A stretch of DNA of 64,000 nt from an uncultured delta proteobacterium (GTDB taxonomy: Bacteria > Desulfobacterota > Desulfuromonadia > Desulfuromonadales > JACZKF01), in NCBI GenBank assembly GCA_963816395.1, contig CAWFKQ010000007.1, positions 160,001 through 224,000 on the forward strand, read 5' to 3'. The translations under genes and the position numbers were made by a program. Shown piece by piece: positions 35,386-44,404 of the stretch. A model generated the notes under the pieces. The model was not told the DNA's origin. It searched no databases and saw only the letters and a program-made list of their open reading frames with translations. Numbering within the stretch: position 1 is the stretch's first letter; each line of letters opens with the position of its first letter.

Positions 35386-35417
35386 AAAAGCCCCCGGCCG
35401 CCAACCGGGGGTTTTTT
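35386..35417 (+). terminator. Intrinsic terminator after the MDR gene
   Basis: AAAAGCCCCCGG-CCGCCAA-CCGGGGGTTTTTT. Confidence 0.85.
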
Positions 35418-35512
35418 CTTAATGGCCAGGGATTAGAGAAAGAATAGTGCCACGATAGATAACCAAAAGGAGCCCCCTTTTCCATTTACAATTTCGTGAC
35501 CCTGCAACCCTC

Positions 35513-35544
35513 TTGACAATCGGCCATAAATTGCGGACAATTTA
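35513..35544 (+). promoter_or_regulatory. Sigma70 promoter of the TA operon with an overlapping palindromic operator
   Basis: TTGACA (35513-35518), 17 bp, GACAAT (35536-35541); inverted repeat TAAATTG-CGGA-CAATTTA at 35527-35544. Confidence 0.7.
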
Positions 35545-35564
35545 CCAAAAGAGGGAGGTGCTTT

Positions 35565-35966
35565 ATGCAGGCATTGGCAGAGCTATTGGAACATCAACCC
35601 ACCCTCGAAAGCCTGGACCTGATGGCCCGGCAAGGTGTGCCACGCAGGTTTGTTGACGAACTGGCAGGAGTTTTCGGCCTTCAAATCTATGACCTTGCGC
35701 CGCAGCTCCATGTCTCCGACCGCACCTTGCGGCGGTACAGTCCCGACCAGCTACTTCCTCCCGAAGCCTCGGAGCGCGCATTACAGATCGCCAGGGTACT
35801 CGAGCGTGCGATTGAGGTGCTGGGAACTCGTGAGAATGCCGTCGGGTGGCTGACTGATATGAACGGCGCTCTTGAAGCCGTGCCGCTGGAACTCTTGTGC
35901 ACGACCTTCGGCGCTGAGAGGGTGTTGCAGATCCTTGGGCGCATCGAGGACACGGTCTATTCGTGA
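35565..35966 (+). CDS. Xre/MbcA/ParS-type antitoxin
   Basis: HTH-like segment LHVSDRTLRR and C-terminal WL...NGALEAVPLELL...GAERVLQILGRIE; GTGA overlap with the toxin gene. Confidence 0.88.
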   Translation: MQALAELLEHQPTLESLDLMARQGVPRRFVDELAGVFGLQIYDLAPQLHVSDRTLRRYSPDQLLPPEASERALQIARVLERAIEVLGTRENAVGWLTDMNGALEAVPLELLCTTFGAERVLQILGRIEDTVYS

Positions 35967-36421
35967 TTCTCTACCGGGTAACACAGGCTGAGTTTGCAGA
36001 GAATCTTTCCGGCGGAGGCGCACGACGCAACGGCGGGCGCTGGAATCCTATTGGAGTGCCGGCGCTATATACCTCAAATTCCACCGCTCTTTGCCTGTTG
36101 GAGATCTTGGTCAACGTAAAGCCTGCCTACTTGCCAGCCTTTAACCGGGTCGTCATCGAGGTACCTGACGAGTTGGTCCAACCGGGAGACCCGGTCTTCT
36201 TTCCGGAACCTCGTCAGTCCAGAGAGTACGGCCTTCACTGGATGCGTGAGGAACTGTGGGTTGGGATGAAAGTCGCTTCGTCGGTCCTCGTCTCCAGTCC
36301 GGACGCTTTCAACATAATACTGAATCCAACACATTCCGGATTCGGCAAGGTTCGGATTCTCGATAATTCACCACTACATATCGATCCAAGACTACTCGGG
36401 AAAAAGGGTGGAAGTGACTGA
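35963..36421 (+). CDS. RES-domain toxin (NAD+-targeting family)
   Basis: YR, GGRWNP..ALYTS...LLEILV, VASSV and NIILNPTH. Confidence 0.88.
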   Translation: MILYRVTQAEFAENLSGGGARRNGGRWNPIGVPALYTSNSTALCLLEILVNVKPAYLPAFNRVVIEVPDELVQPGDPVFFPEPRQSREYGLHWMREELWVGMKVASSVLVSSPDAFNIILNPTHSGFGKVRILDNSPLHIDPRLLGKKGGSD

Positions 36422-36464
36422 TAGCGTGGATGTTTAAAATACTCCGAGAATTTTTCGTGGGCTC

Positions 36465-36680
36465 TTGACGATCACTGTGATCGTTCACGATAAGACCCCT
36501 CTCCCCATTCGGGAGATCGTTGAACTCTTCGCTGAAGCATGCCCTCACCGGTCATACCGGTTCACCGATGAATTCGGGCACATGGCCCCGGTTACCCATA
36601 CGGATGTCGTCAACCTGATGGTATGCGAGTTCCTTGACTCGGATACCGCTTTTCGCGCCGAGGTGCAGGGGGCAAGCTGA
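36465..36680 (+). pseudogene. Probable 3' remnant of an alpha/beta hydrolase gene
   Basis: GHMAPVTHTDVVNLMVCEFL resembles the catalytic-His C-terminal segment. No convincing start/RBS; ends 3 bp before eamA. Confidence 0.5.
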
Positions 36681-36683
36681 ATA

Positions 36684-37652
36684 ATGTCTGAACGAAAACA
36701 ACTTGACGGCTATGCGACAGGGATGATGCTGCTGCTCTGCACCATTTGGGGTTTACACCAGGTGGCGATCAAGGCGGCGGCCCCCGACATCGCGCCGATC
36801 ATGCAGATAGCGCTCCGCTCCGGCCTGAGCGCTCTGCTGGTCGGCATCGTCATAGGCTGCAGCCGTGAACGGTTTTTCCGCTCGGATGGCACCTTGCTGC
36901 CGGGGATCATCATCGGCGTTCTGTTTTCCATCGAATTTATTTTCGTGGCGGAGGGGCTACGTTTTACCACGGCATCACATATGTCGGTATTTCTCTATAC
37001 CGCCCCCATCTTTACCGCCCTGGGGCTGCAATGGTTCCTTCCCGCCGAGCGGCTTCGCCCGCAACAGTGGACGGGCATCGCCATCGCCTTCGCCGGCATT
37101 ACGCTCGCCTTCACCGGCGGCTCCATCGGCACGGGACTCAGTCTGGAGATTCTGTGGGGGGATGTCCTGGGGATTCTGGCGGGGGCCGGATGGGGAGCCA
37201 CGACCGTGATCATTCGTTGCACCAAATTATCCGAAGCGCCCCCAGCCAAAACGCTCGTCTATCAGCTCGTCGCCGCATTCGTTCTGCTGCTGGTTTACGC
37301 CGCCGTTTCCGGCCAGGCCGGCAAGGTGTCAATGACCGGTATCGCCTGGGCCAGCGTGCTGTTTCAGGGGATCGTCGTTACCTTCGCCAGCTACCTCGCC
37401 TGGTTCGCCCTGCTGCGGCGGTACCTCGCCTCGCGGCTTTCCGTCTTCTCCTTCCTTTCTCCCCTGTTCGGGGTCGCCTTCGGCGTGCTCCTATTGCATG
37501 AGCCGATCGATGCCTACTTCGCCATCGGAGCCCTGCTTGTGCTCGCCGGCATCACCCTGGTGAGCAGGCCCCATAAATCCCGTCGCTCTTCTGATCAGAT
37601 CATGGGAAGTTCCTGCTATACGACGTCGGAAAAGGCGGCGGACGAAATCTGA
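36684..37652 (+). CDS. EamA/DMT family transporter
   Basis: About 10 hydrophobic segments in two EamA repeats; YTAPIF and FLSPLFGV. Confidence 0.9.
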   Translation: MSERKQLDGYATGMMLLLCTIWGLHQVAIKAAAPDIAPIMQIALRSGLSALLVGIVIGCSRERFFRSDGTLLPGIIIGVLFSIEFIFVAEGLRFTTASHMSVFLYTAPIFTALGLQWFLPAERLRPQQWTGIAIAFAGITLAFTGGSIGTGLSLEILWGDVLGILAGAGWGATTVIIRCTKLSEAPPAKTLVYQLVAAFVLLLVYAAVSGQAGKVSMTGIAWASVLFQGIVVTFASYLAWFALLRRYLASRLSVFSFLSPLFGVAFGVLLLHEPIDAYFAIGALLVLAGITLVSRPHKSRRSSDQIMGSSCYTTSEKAADEI

Positions 37653-37865
37653 CCGACAACCTCCGACCGGAAAGCGATACAAGGGGTGAGTTTTTGACTC
37701 TTGTCACCACCCGATAATGAAAGAAAGTAGCGTCGCAGATTTTCGATGCCATTCAAAGGATTACACGAATTTTGTGAAGAGCTTGCCCGCGGCGGTCGCC
37801 TCTCCCAATACACCCGTTGGCGACTCCCGCAGAGGTGACCTCCGAAGCCTTTGGGACTCTTTAGT

Positions 37866-37904
37866 ACGACAGGGCCCCTCCGGCTTTGACGGGGGGCCTG
37901 TCGT
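37866..37904. terminator. Hairpin between convergent eamA and lysR
   Basis: ACGACAGGGCCCCTCCG...CGGGGGGCCTGTCGT. Confidence 0.6.
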
Positions 37905-37947
37905 TACCAGTCAAGGGTTGTCTGAAGAACCACCCGGAATCGGATTA

Positions 37948-38841
37948 TTAGTTCAAGGTAGCTCTTAAGTTAGCAACGATAAGGTCAATAAAAGTTCTTA
38001 CTTTGGCGGATGCATACTGCCCCTCCCGGTGGAGTACGTGAATAGGCAACGGCGGCGGCTCATATTCTGTCAGTATGGTTTTTAGTTGCCCTGTACTCAA
38101 GTAGGGAGCAACTTGGTAGGACATCACCCGGGTTATTCCGAATCCTTTAGAAACGGCCACAAGTGCGGCCTCAATAGTAGAAACGCTAAAGCGCGGTTTA
38201 ACGCGTATGGTAGTCGTTGCCATGCCCCGGCGGAACTTCCAGTCTATTGTCGGCGTCACTGATGTTGCTGCCACGATCAAATGCTGAGCCAATTCAGCTG
38301 GGATTCGGGGTTCAGGGGTATTCGCCAGATATTCAGGTGATGCGCAAACCACTTTGCGCACCTGACCAACACGAATGGCTTTCATGCTTGAATCTGGCAA
38401 CTCGCCTATGCGAATGGCGACGTCCAGCCCTTCTTCCAGCAGATTCACGACCCGGTCAAGTAACAACGCTGACACTTCCATCTCTGGATACCGCTGCAAG
38501 TATTCAACGATTGTCGGCGTCACAAACATCTTGCCGAACTGCACTGGTGCGGTTATGGCCAACCGGCCGCGTGGTTCGGCATTGAGCCCGGCTGTCACCT
38601 CCTCCGCTTCGCCTATTTCACTAATTATACGGCGCACAAAGTCCAGGTAGATTTGGCCAGCTTCAGTTACGCGCACAGAACGCGTTGACCTGTTCAGCAA
38701 CTTCACATTCAGCCGCGCTTCCAGTGCAGCAATTGCGCGGGTAACTGATGCCGGCGACATGCCGAGCCTGCGTGCGGAACCGCTAAAGCTCTCTGCCTCT
38801 GCCACGGCTACGAACGCCGCCATAAGATGTAGACGGTCCAT
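37948..38841 (-). CDS. LysR family transcriptional regulator
   Basis: MDRLHLMAAFVAVAEAESFSGSARRLG HTH, LLNRSTR and EEGLDVAIRIG; visibly lower GC than the flanks. Confidence 0.95.
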   Translation of the reverse strand: MDRLHLMAAFVAVAEAESFSGSARRLGMSPASVTRAIAALEARLNVKLLNRSTRSVRVTEAGQIYLDFVRRIISEIGEAEEVTAGLNAEPRGRLAITAPVQFGKMFVTPTIVEYLQRYPEMEVSALLLDRVVNLLEEGLDVAIRIGELPDSSMKAIRVGQVRKVVCASPEYLANTPEPRIPAELAQHLIVAATSVTPTIDWKFRRGMATTTIRVKPRFSVSTIEAALVAVSKGFGITRVMSYQVAPYLSTGQLKTILTEYEPPPLPIHVLHREGQYASAKVRTFIDLIVANLRATLN

Positions 38842-38982
38842 TAATTATTCCTTTCGACGCAATAGAATTTTGCGCTAAAGGAGTATTCTGGTTCTCTTTG
38901 CACCCAAGTATAATTCGACTATGCGCAGAGGCAATCATGAAGCGCATGAGCAATCTGAAACCTAACAATGTGGAGAATTCTC

Positions 38983-39177
38983 ATGGCAAAGATCGTTATT
39001 CCTACTGAAGAACAAGCCCCAGCGGCTGCCAGGCCTTTGAAAAACATTACAAAAATCGGATCATTCCTGGCGGCCGTTATTCTGGCCACCTCCGTGGTCG
39101 GCTGTGCCGCATCGCAGGGGGAAATGGCGCTGACGAACGGTTATGATTTCCAGCAGCCCAACGATGGCGGCGGCTAA
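38983..39177 (+). pseudogene. Short ORF divergent from lysR, possibly a chimeric remnant with a lipoprotein-like signal
   Basis: RBS GGAG, then MAKIVIPTEEQAPAAARPL, then KNITKIGSFLAAVILATSVVGC, then an early stop and a terminator. Confidence 0.4.
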
Positions 39178-39211
39178 CTTTCTCCGCTAGCTTCTCCTCA
39201 GAAAACCAGAG

Positions 39212-39244
39212 AAAGAGGATGGCAGAAACGCCGTCCTCTTTTTC
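39212..39244 (+). terminator. Intrinsic terminator
   Basis: AAAGAGGATGGC-AGAAAC-GCCGTCCTCTTTTTC. Confidence 0.75.
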
Positions 39245-39579
39245 TGTATGCTTGGGAAATTAGTCCGTCCGCTCGAACCAGGGTTTGGGTTGAACAATTG
39301 ATTGAGACGACCTTTCAGGTCGTGTCAATCCTTATGGGTTGGTTGAGAAGGATCAATCATGCAAAAGGTTGGACCCGAAATAGACCCAAAGGGTAAAAAA
39401 AATTCATACCGCTTAATACATCGGTATTATGTAAGTTTCATTGTTTATCTCTATTCCTTCCATATCTTGACTTTCACTAAATCTGTGCAAAGTTTGGAGG
39501 CACTCTCCCCAAGAAACGGCTTCGACGACTCGGTCGTATCGCCTTCGGTATTAAGCCAGGTGCCCAGGAAAGGAGATCG

Positions 39580-40479
39580 ATGATGAAAACGGAAATGGAG
39601 CGGCGGGAATTTTTGAAGCTGGTCGGGATTGGCGGCATCGCGTTCGTCTCCGGAGTGGGACCCCTTGCCCATGCGGCCGGCGAGAGAGGGGGAAAGCACG
39701 ATTTTGTTTTCCTCCAGCTCTCCGACACCCATTGGGGATTCAGCGACCCCAAGATCAATCCCGACTATGCGGGAACCTTGCGAAAGGCCGTCGCGCAGGT
39801 TAACGGCCTCTCCATCCAGCCCGATTTCATCATGTTCACCGGTGACCTGACCCACACTACCGATGACGACCAGGAACGGCGCAAGCGGCTTGCCGGATTC
39901 CGCGACATCATCGGCGGACTGAAGGTGAAGACTGTCCATTTCATGCCGGGCGAACACGACGCATCCCTCGACAACGGCGCGGCGTTCCAGGAGTTCTTTG
40001 GTGATACCCACTACACATTCGCCCATAAGGGGGTGAACTTCATCGTTCTCGATAACGTGTCCGATCCGAGGGCGACCATCGGCGATGTTCAGCTGCAATG
40101 GCTTGCTGGAGAGTTGCAGAAGCTCGACAAGAGCGCCCCGATCGTGGTCTTCACCCATCGTCCGCTGTTCGATCTGGCCCCCTCATGGGACTGGGCGACC
40201 CGAGACGGGGCCAAGGCCATCGACCTCCTCGCACCCTACGAAAATGTGGCGGTCTTTTACGGCCACATCCACCAGGAGAATTACCATACGACCGGCCATA
40301 TCCCTCACCATGCGGCCCATGGGTTGATGTATCCCCTGCCCGCTCCCCTTTCCCAACCGAAGAAGGCGCCGGTGCCGTGGGACCCTGCCTTTCCCTACAA
40401 GAATCTCGGTTTCCGCGGGGTCGAGGCAAAAGGGAAAGAGCCTTACGCCATCACCGAATACCCCATAAAGAAAGGATAA
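39580..40479 (+). CDS. Tat-exported calcineurin-like metallophosphoesterase
   Basis: ERREFLK Tat motif; SDTH, TGDLTH, PGEHD, THRP and GHIH. Confidence 0.9.
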   Translation: MMKTEMERREFLKLVGIGGIAFVSGVGPLAHAAGERGGKHDFVFLQLSDTHWGFSDPKINPDYAGTLRKAVAQVNGLSIQPDFIMFTGDLTHTTDDDQERRKRLAGFRDIIGGLKVKTVHFMPGEHDASLDNGAAFQEFFGDTHYTFAHKGVNFIVLDNVSDPRATIGDVQLQWLAGELQKLDKSAPIVVFTHRPLFDLAPSWDWATRDGAKAIDLLAPYENVAVFYGHIHQENYHTTGHIPHHAAHGLMYPLPAPLSQPKKAPVPWDPAFPYKNLGFRGVEAKGKEPYAITEYPIKKG

Positions 40480-40483
40480 CCAT

Positions 40484-40855
40484 ATGAAGAGGTCGAAACT
40501 GCTCGTCGTCGCCGTCTCTCTTCTTGTCGTCGCCCTGGTCGCCGGTGCCGCCAACGTCCGGGCTCAGTCGGAGGAGGCCGGCCAGGTGATAAAAATCACC
40601 GCCAAGCGGTATGAATACAACCCGAACGAGATTACCGTGAAAAAAGGAGTCCCGGTGACGCTGGAATTTACATCCCTGGACCGTCTGCACGGCTTTAACT
40701 GCCCGGACCTCGGGATCCGCACCGACATCACCCCCGGGAAAGCTTCGCGAGTTCACTTTGTACCGCAGAAGACCGGCACATTCGATTTCCACTGTGACAT
40801 CTTCTGCGGCGAAGGGCATGAAAACATGACGGGGAAGATCATCGTCACGGAATGA
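40484..40855 (+). CDS. Periplasmic cupredoxin with CuA-type ligands
   Basis: Signal peptide; DRLHGF and CDIFCGEGHENM. Confidence 0.85.
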   Translation: MKRSKLLVVAVSLLVVALVAGAANVRAQSEEAGQVIKITAKRYEYNPNEITVKKGVPVTLEFTSLDRLHGFNCPDLGIRTDITPGKASRVHFVPQKTGTFDFHCDIFCGEGHENMTGKIIVTE

Positions 40856-40874
40856 TGTGTCCCTAGGGGTTGCC

Positions 40875-42485
40875 ATGAAAAAACCGGGAGCTTTGAGCGG
40901 AGCACTGATCGGCGTGCTGTTGACGGCGCCGCTGCTGGTCGTTTTCTACCTCGGCTGGAAATTTGCCGGTTTGCCGTTCGCCCCCTTTGATATTTTCGAC
41001 TGGTTGACGCGCGTTTTGCCTGGCTCTGCCGTCACCGTCGGCATCGAGTCGATGATCAAGGTGATCCGCGCAGTGCATTTCGGCAGCACGGCCGAGGTGG
41101 CCAAGGCGGCCGAACAAAGCATGGCGATTATCCTTTTTTTGATTGGCGGAGTCGTTGCCGGAGGGATTCTGTTCGTCCTGTTGCGGGCTTGGGAGAAGGG
41201 GGCTTTCCTCCTCGGTCCTTTGTTCGGGGCCGGCGCAGGTGTGCTGGTTTCTCTCATCGTCCACCTCCTCAACCGGCCTGCCGGCCTTCCGCCATGGGTC
41301 GGCGGGTTATGGATTTTGGTGGTCTTCCTGGCCTGGGGAGCGGGTCTGGGCGGGGCCTTTAAGCGACTGAGCGCGATGGCGGCCGCCTGGCCGGAAGAAA
41401 CCGATATCAGGTCGGTCGAATCGCTTGACCGGCGGCGATTTCTGATTCGTCTGGGCGGGGTCTCCGCGACCATTACGGTGACCGGAGCGGTGGTGGGCGC
41501 CCTGGTCGGTGGACGGCGACGGGAGGAAGTCGCCGGAGGTGAACAGTGGTCCGCCCGTCATCCCCTGCCGAATGCCGGCGCTGCCGTTAAACCGGCGCCC
41601 GGCACCCGCCCGGAGTTCACCCCGCTGGAAAAGCACTACCGCATCGACATCAACACCATGCCACCGGTGGTCAGTGAAGAAGACTGGCGGCTGAAGATCG
41701 GCGGTCTGGTTGAGGAGACCCTGGAACTCGCCCTGGCCGACCTTCGTCGCTACGAGCCGCTGCACCAGTTCATCACCCTCTCCTGCATCTCCAACCCTGT
41801 CGGCGGGGATCTCATCGGCACTATCCGGTGGACGGGAGTCAGTCTGCAGAAGCTTTTGCCGGAGTGGAAACTGCAGCCGACCGCGACTCATTTGAAAATA
41901 AGTTCAGTGGATGGCTTCTATGAGACGGTCGCGCTGGAAACGATTCGCCAGGACGAACGGGTGATGCTTGCTTACGCCTGGGACGGCGTGCCCCTGGAAG
42001 CCAAGCACGGTTTTCCTCTGCGCATTTACATCCCCGACCATTACGGCATGAAACAGCCCAAATGGATCGCGTCCATCGAGGCGATCGATCACTGGGATGC
42101 GGGGTACTGGGTGGTGCGGGGTTGGAGCCGGGAAGCGCGGATGAAAGCCACCTCGGTCATCGACACGGTCGCCGTGCAGGCCGCGACGACCGATGCGAGC
42201 GGACAAAGATTCGTGCCGGTCGGCGGCATCGCCCATGCCGGAGCGCGTGGAATTTCCAAGGTCGAGATACAGGTGGACAACGGCAATTGGCGGGAAGCCC
42301 AGCTAAGAACTCCTTTATCCGGGCTGACCTGGGTTATCTGGCGTTATGACATGCCCTTTCAGGCGGGTGAGCACGCCTTTACCGTCCGCTGCTGGGATGG
42401 CAAGGGAACTCCGCAGATCGTGCAATCCTCGCCGCCCCATCCGAACGGGGCAACAGGATTTGATAGCATACGCGCGACATTATGA
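40875..42485 (+). CDS. Membrane-anchored molybdopterin oxidoreductase (sulfite oxidase family)
   Basis: N-terminal TMs, internal DRRRFL, TLSCISN (Mo-binding Cys), HGFPLR, YGMKQPKW and a C-terminal dimerisation domain. Confidence 0.85.
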   Translation: MKKPGALSGALIGVLLTAPLLVVFYLGWKFAGLPFAPFDIFDWLTRVLPGSAVTVGIESMIKVIRAVHFGSTAEVAKAAEQSMAIILFLIGGVVAGGILFVLLRAWEKGAFLLGPLFGAGAGVLVSLIVHLLNRPAGLPPWVGGLWILVVFLAWGAGLGGAFKRLSAMAAAWPEETDIRSVESLDRRRFLIRLGGVSATITVTGAVVGALVGGRRREEVAGGEQWSARHPLPNAGAAVKPAPGTRPEFTPLEKHYRIDINTMPPVVSEEDWRLKIGGLVEETLELALADLRRYEPLHQFITLSCISNPVGGDLIGTIRWTGVSLQKLLPEWKLQPTATHLKISSVDGFYETVALETIRQDERVMLAYAWDGVPLEAKHGFPLRIYIPDHYGMKQPKWIASIEAIDHWDAGYWVVRGWSREARMKATSVIDTVAVQAATTDASGQRFVPVGGIAHAGARGISKVEIQVDNGNWREAQLRTPLSGLTWVIWRYDMPFQAGEHAFTVRCWDGKGTPQIVQSSPPHPNGATGFDSIRATL

Positions 42486-42628
42486 TCCGCGGGAAAATCA
42501 GATTGAATCGAACTTCATCATCCACCGGCACCAGAATTACCCCACATCCTGATCTCCCGTTAAGGTGAGCCCAAAGGCTGCCGGCAAATAGCTGTCGGTG
42601 ATCTCCACCTTATATTCAAGGGGAAGTT

Positions 42629-43030
42629 ATGAACACACCAATTACAAAGGGTACTCACCACATTGGACTTACCGTATCCCACTTGGAAGAAAGCGCTGGC
42701 TTCTTTACCTCATTGCTGGGATGGAGGGAAGTCCACAGGAATGAGGAATATCACGCCATTTATGTGAGCGATGGCAGTGTCATGGTAACTCTTTGGACAA
42801 CCAAGGAAGAGCCATCAGCCCAATTCAATAAAGATAGAAACGTCGGGCTTCACCATGTGGCTTTTCACGTTGCAAATGAGGGTGACTTGAACACGCTTTA
42901 CAAGCGGCTGACAAACAATGGGATAAAAATTGAATTTGCGCCGGAGCCGTTACAGCAGGGGTCCGCAAAACACATGATGTGCTATGAGCCAAGCGGCATT
43001 CGAGTAGAATTCATATGGCCAGGCAATTAG
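42629..43030 (+). CDS. VOC/glyoxalase family protein
   Basis: HHIGLTV, GLHHVAF and EPSGIRVEF; lower GC than the flanks. Confidence 0.88.
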   Translation: MNTPITKGTHHIGLTVSHLEESAGFFTSLLGWREVHRNEEYHAIYVSDGSVMVTLWTTKEEPSAQFNKDRNVGLHHVAFHVANEGDLNTLYKRLTNNGIKIEFAPEPLQQGSAKHMMCYEPSGIRVEFIWPGN

Positions 43031-43186
43031 GCGCCAAACAATAGGCAGCCTATTTTCAAGAAATCATGCCCGCTCCGACCAGGCGTTTTTCGGCAGGGCC
43101 AAGACAGTCAAGGTGGAGCGTCCACCTTTCCGAAGAAGTTGGCACTTGGTGCGGCATCAAAGCGAGTCGGGGGGGACGACTGACTG

Positions 43187-44281
43187 TCACCCGAACAGCG
43201 AATCGACCGCCGCAAAATCGAAGCGCTTGGCGGCCAGGGAATGGATGAGGGCGATTTTCTCGGTGTCCTCGGCAGTGATCTTGGAGACATCGTCGCTGAT
43301 GGAGAGGAAGATATCGGTCGTTGACCTGTCGGTGCGTATATAAGGGATATCGCTGCGGTCAAGGATTTGCTGGGTGATCCGTGAAACCGGCGCTACCCCG
43401 GGAATAATCAGGCCGACGATTTTCGGCCGGTACTCGGGCATCAGGTAGAGATTGGCCAGCGTCACCAGGAGTTCGTCGCGGGAACTGGTCACCAGCAGCA
43501 GGGTTGAATCCTGCAGCAGCTCGACCACCCGCTGGGTGGAGGCGGCGCCGATCTGCACATGATGGACGATGCGCTGCTCCGCCTCGCGGCTCCCCTGCAG
43601 CGGAAGTCCGAGGACGCCGCAGATCCGCCGCAGGGTGGGATTGGCCAGCACCGGCTGATAATTGAAGCCGCCGCCGACGGTGAATTCGGCGCCGGCAAAG
43701 GCAATCCGCAGATAACGAAGGGTTTCCTCCCGTTTTTCCGGGATGATCTTGTTGGCGACGATCATCCGGATCTCCGCCCCTTCCTGCCGGAACAGAGCGG
43801 CATTCATATGCACTGCATCGACCACGTTCCCCACCCCGCCGCCGGTAACCATCAGCACCGGCGCACCGGCCAGGCGGGCAACCCGGGCATTGCTCATGCC
43901 AAGGATGGAGCCGACTCCGCAATGTCCCGATCCCTCGATGATCAAGAACTCGCATTCGCGGTCCATAACCTCAATGGCCTGGCGGATTTTCTCCTGCAGC
44001 GCCTCCCGGGAGACCTCGCCGTCGAGGACTTTTTTCGTCATGCCCGGCTGCAGCACCACCGGCGACATCCACTCCTTGTAGCGTTCCAGCCCATAGACCC
44101 GGGCCACCAAAGCGGCGTCCTTATCCATCGCCAGGCCATCCAGGGTGGTCGGCTTGGGACCTATAGGCTTGATGAAACCGACCCGTTCATATTTCTGCCG
44201 CGCCAGGTGCAGCAGCGACAAACTGGTGGTCGTCTTGCCGCTGTTTTGCCCCGTCGCCGCAATGAAAATCTTTTTTGCCAC
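43187..44281 (-). CDS. BioD-like P-loop/DRTGG protein (phosphotransacetylase N-terminal-like)
   Basis: IFIAATGQNSGKTT, GFIKPIG, IEGSGH and NARVA. Confidence 0.8.
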   Translation of the reverse strand: MAKKIFIAATGQNSGKTTTSLSLLHLARQKYERVGFIKPIGPKPTTLDGLAMDKDAALVARVYGLERYKEWMSPVVLQPGMTKKVLDGEVSREALQEKIRQAIEVMDRECEFLIIEGSGHCGVGSILGMSNARVARLAGAPVLMVTGGGVGNVVDAVHMNAALFRQEGAEIRMIVANKIIPEKREETLRYLRIAFAGAEFTVGGGFNYQPVLANPTLRRICGVLGLPLQGSREAEQRIVHHVQIGAASTQRVVELLQDSTLLLVTSSRDELLVTLANLYLMPEYRPKIVGLIIPGVAPVSRITQQILDRSDIPYIRTDRSTTDIFLSISDDVSKITAEDTEKIALIHSLAAKRFDFAAVDSLFG

Positions 44282-44404
44282 GCTAAGCTCCTCCCGTTAA
44301 CTGCCCTCTGAACTTACCACCGGGGCCTGATTTTGGAAAGATGGGAACGCGACGCGACGCCAGTCGGCGCACCGGCCATCGGCCGGAAAGGGCTCGCGGC
44401 GGGA

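Noticed and set aside
39300..39330. Hairpin GATTGAGACGACC-TTTCA-GGTCGTGTCAATC as an IS end or ncRNA
   Set aside because: Single copy, no transposase and no recognisable RNA family; could be an operator but there is no further support.
42540..43060. VOC gene as an integron cassette (low GC, CCAAACAAT after the stop)
   Set aside because: No proper RYYYAAC...GTTRRRY attC pair with an internal palindrome, and no integrase.
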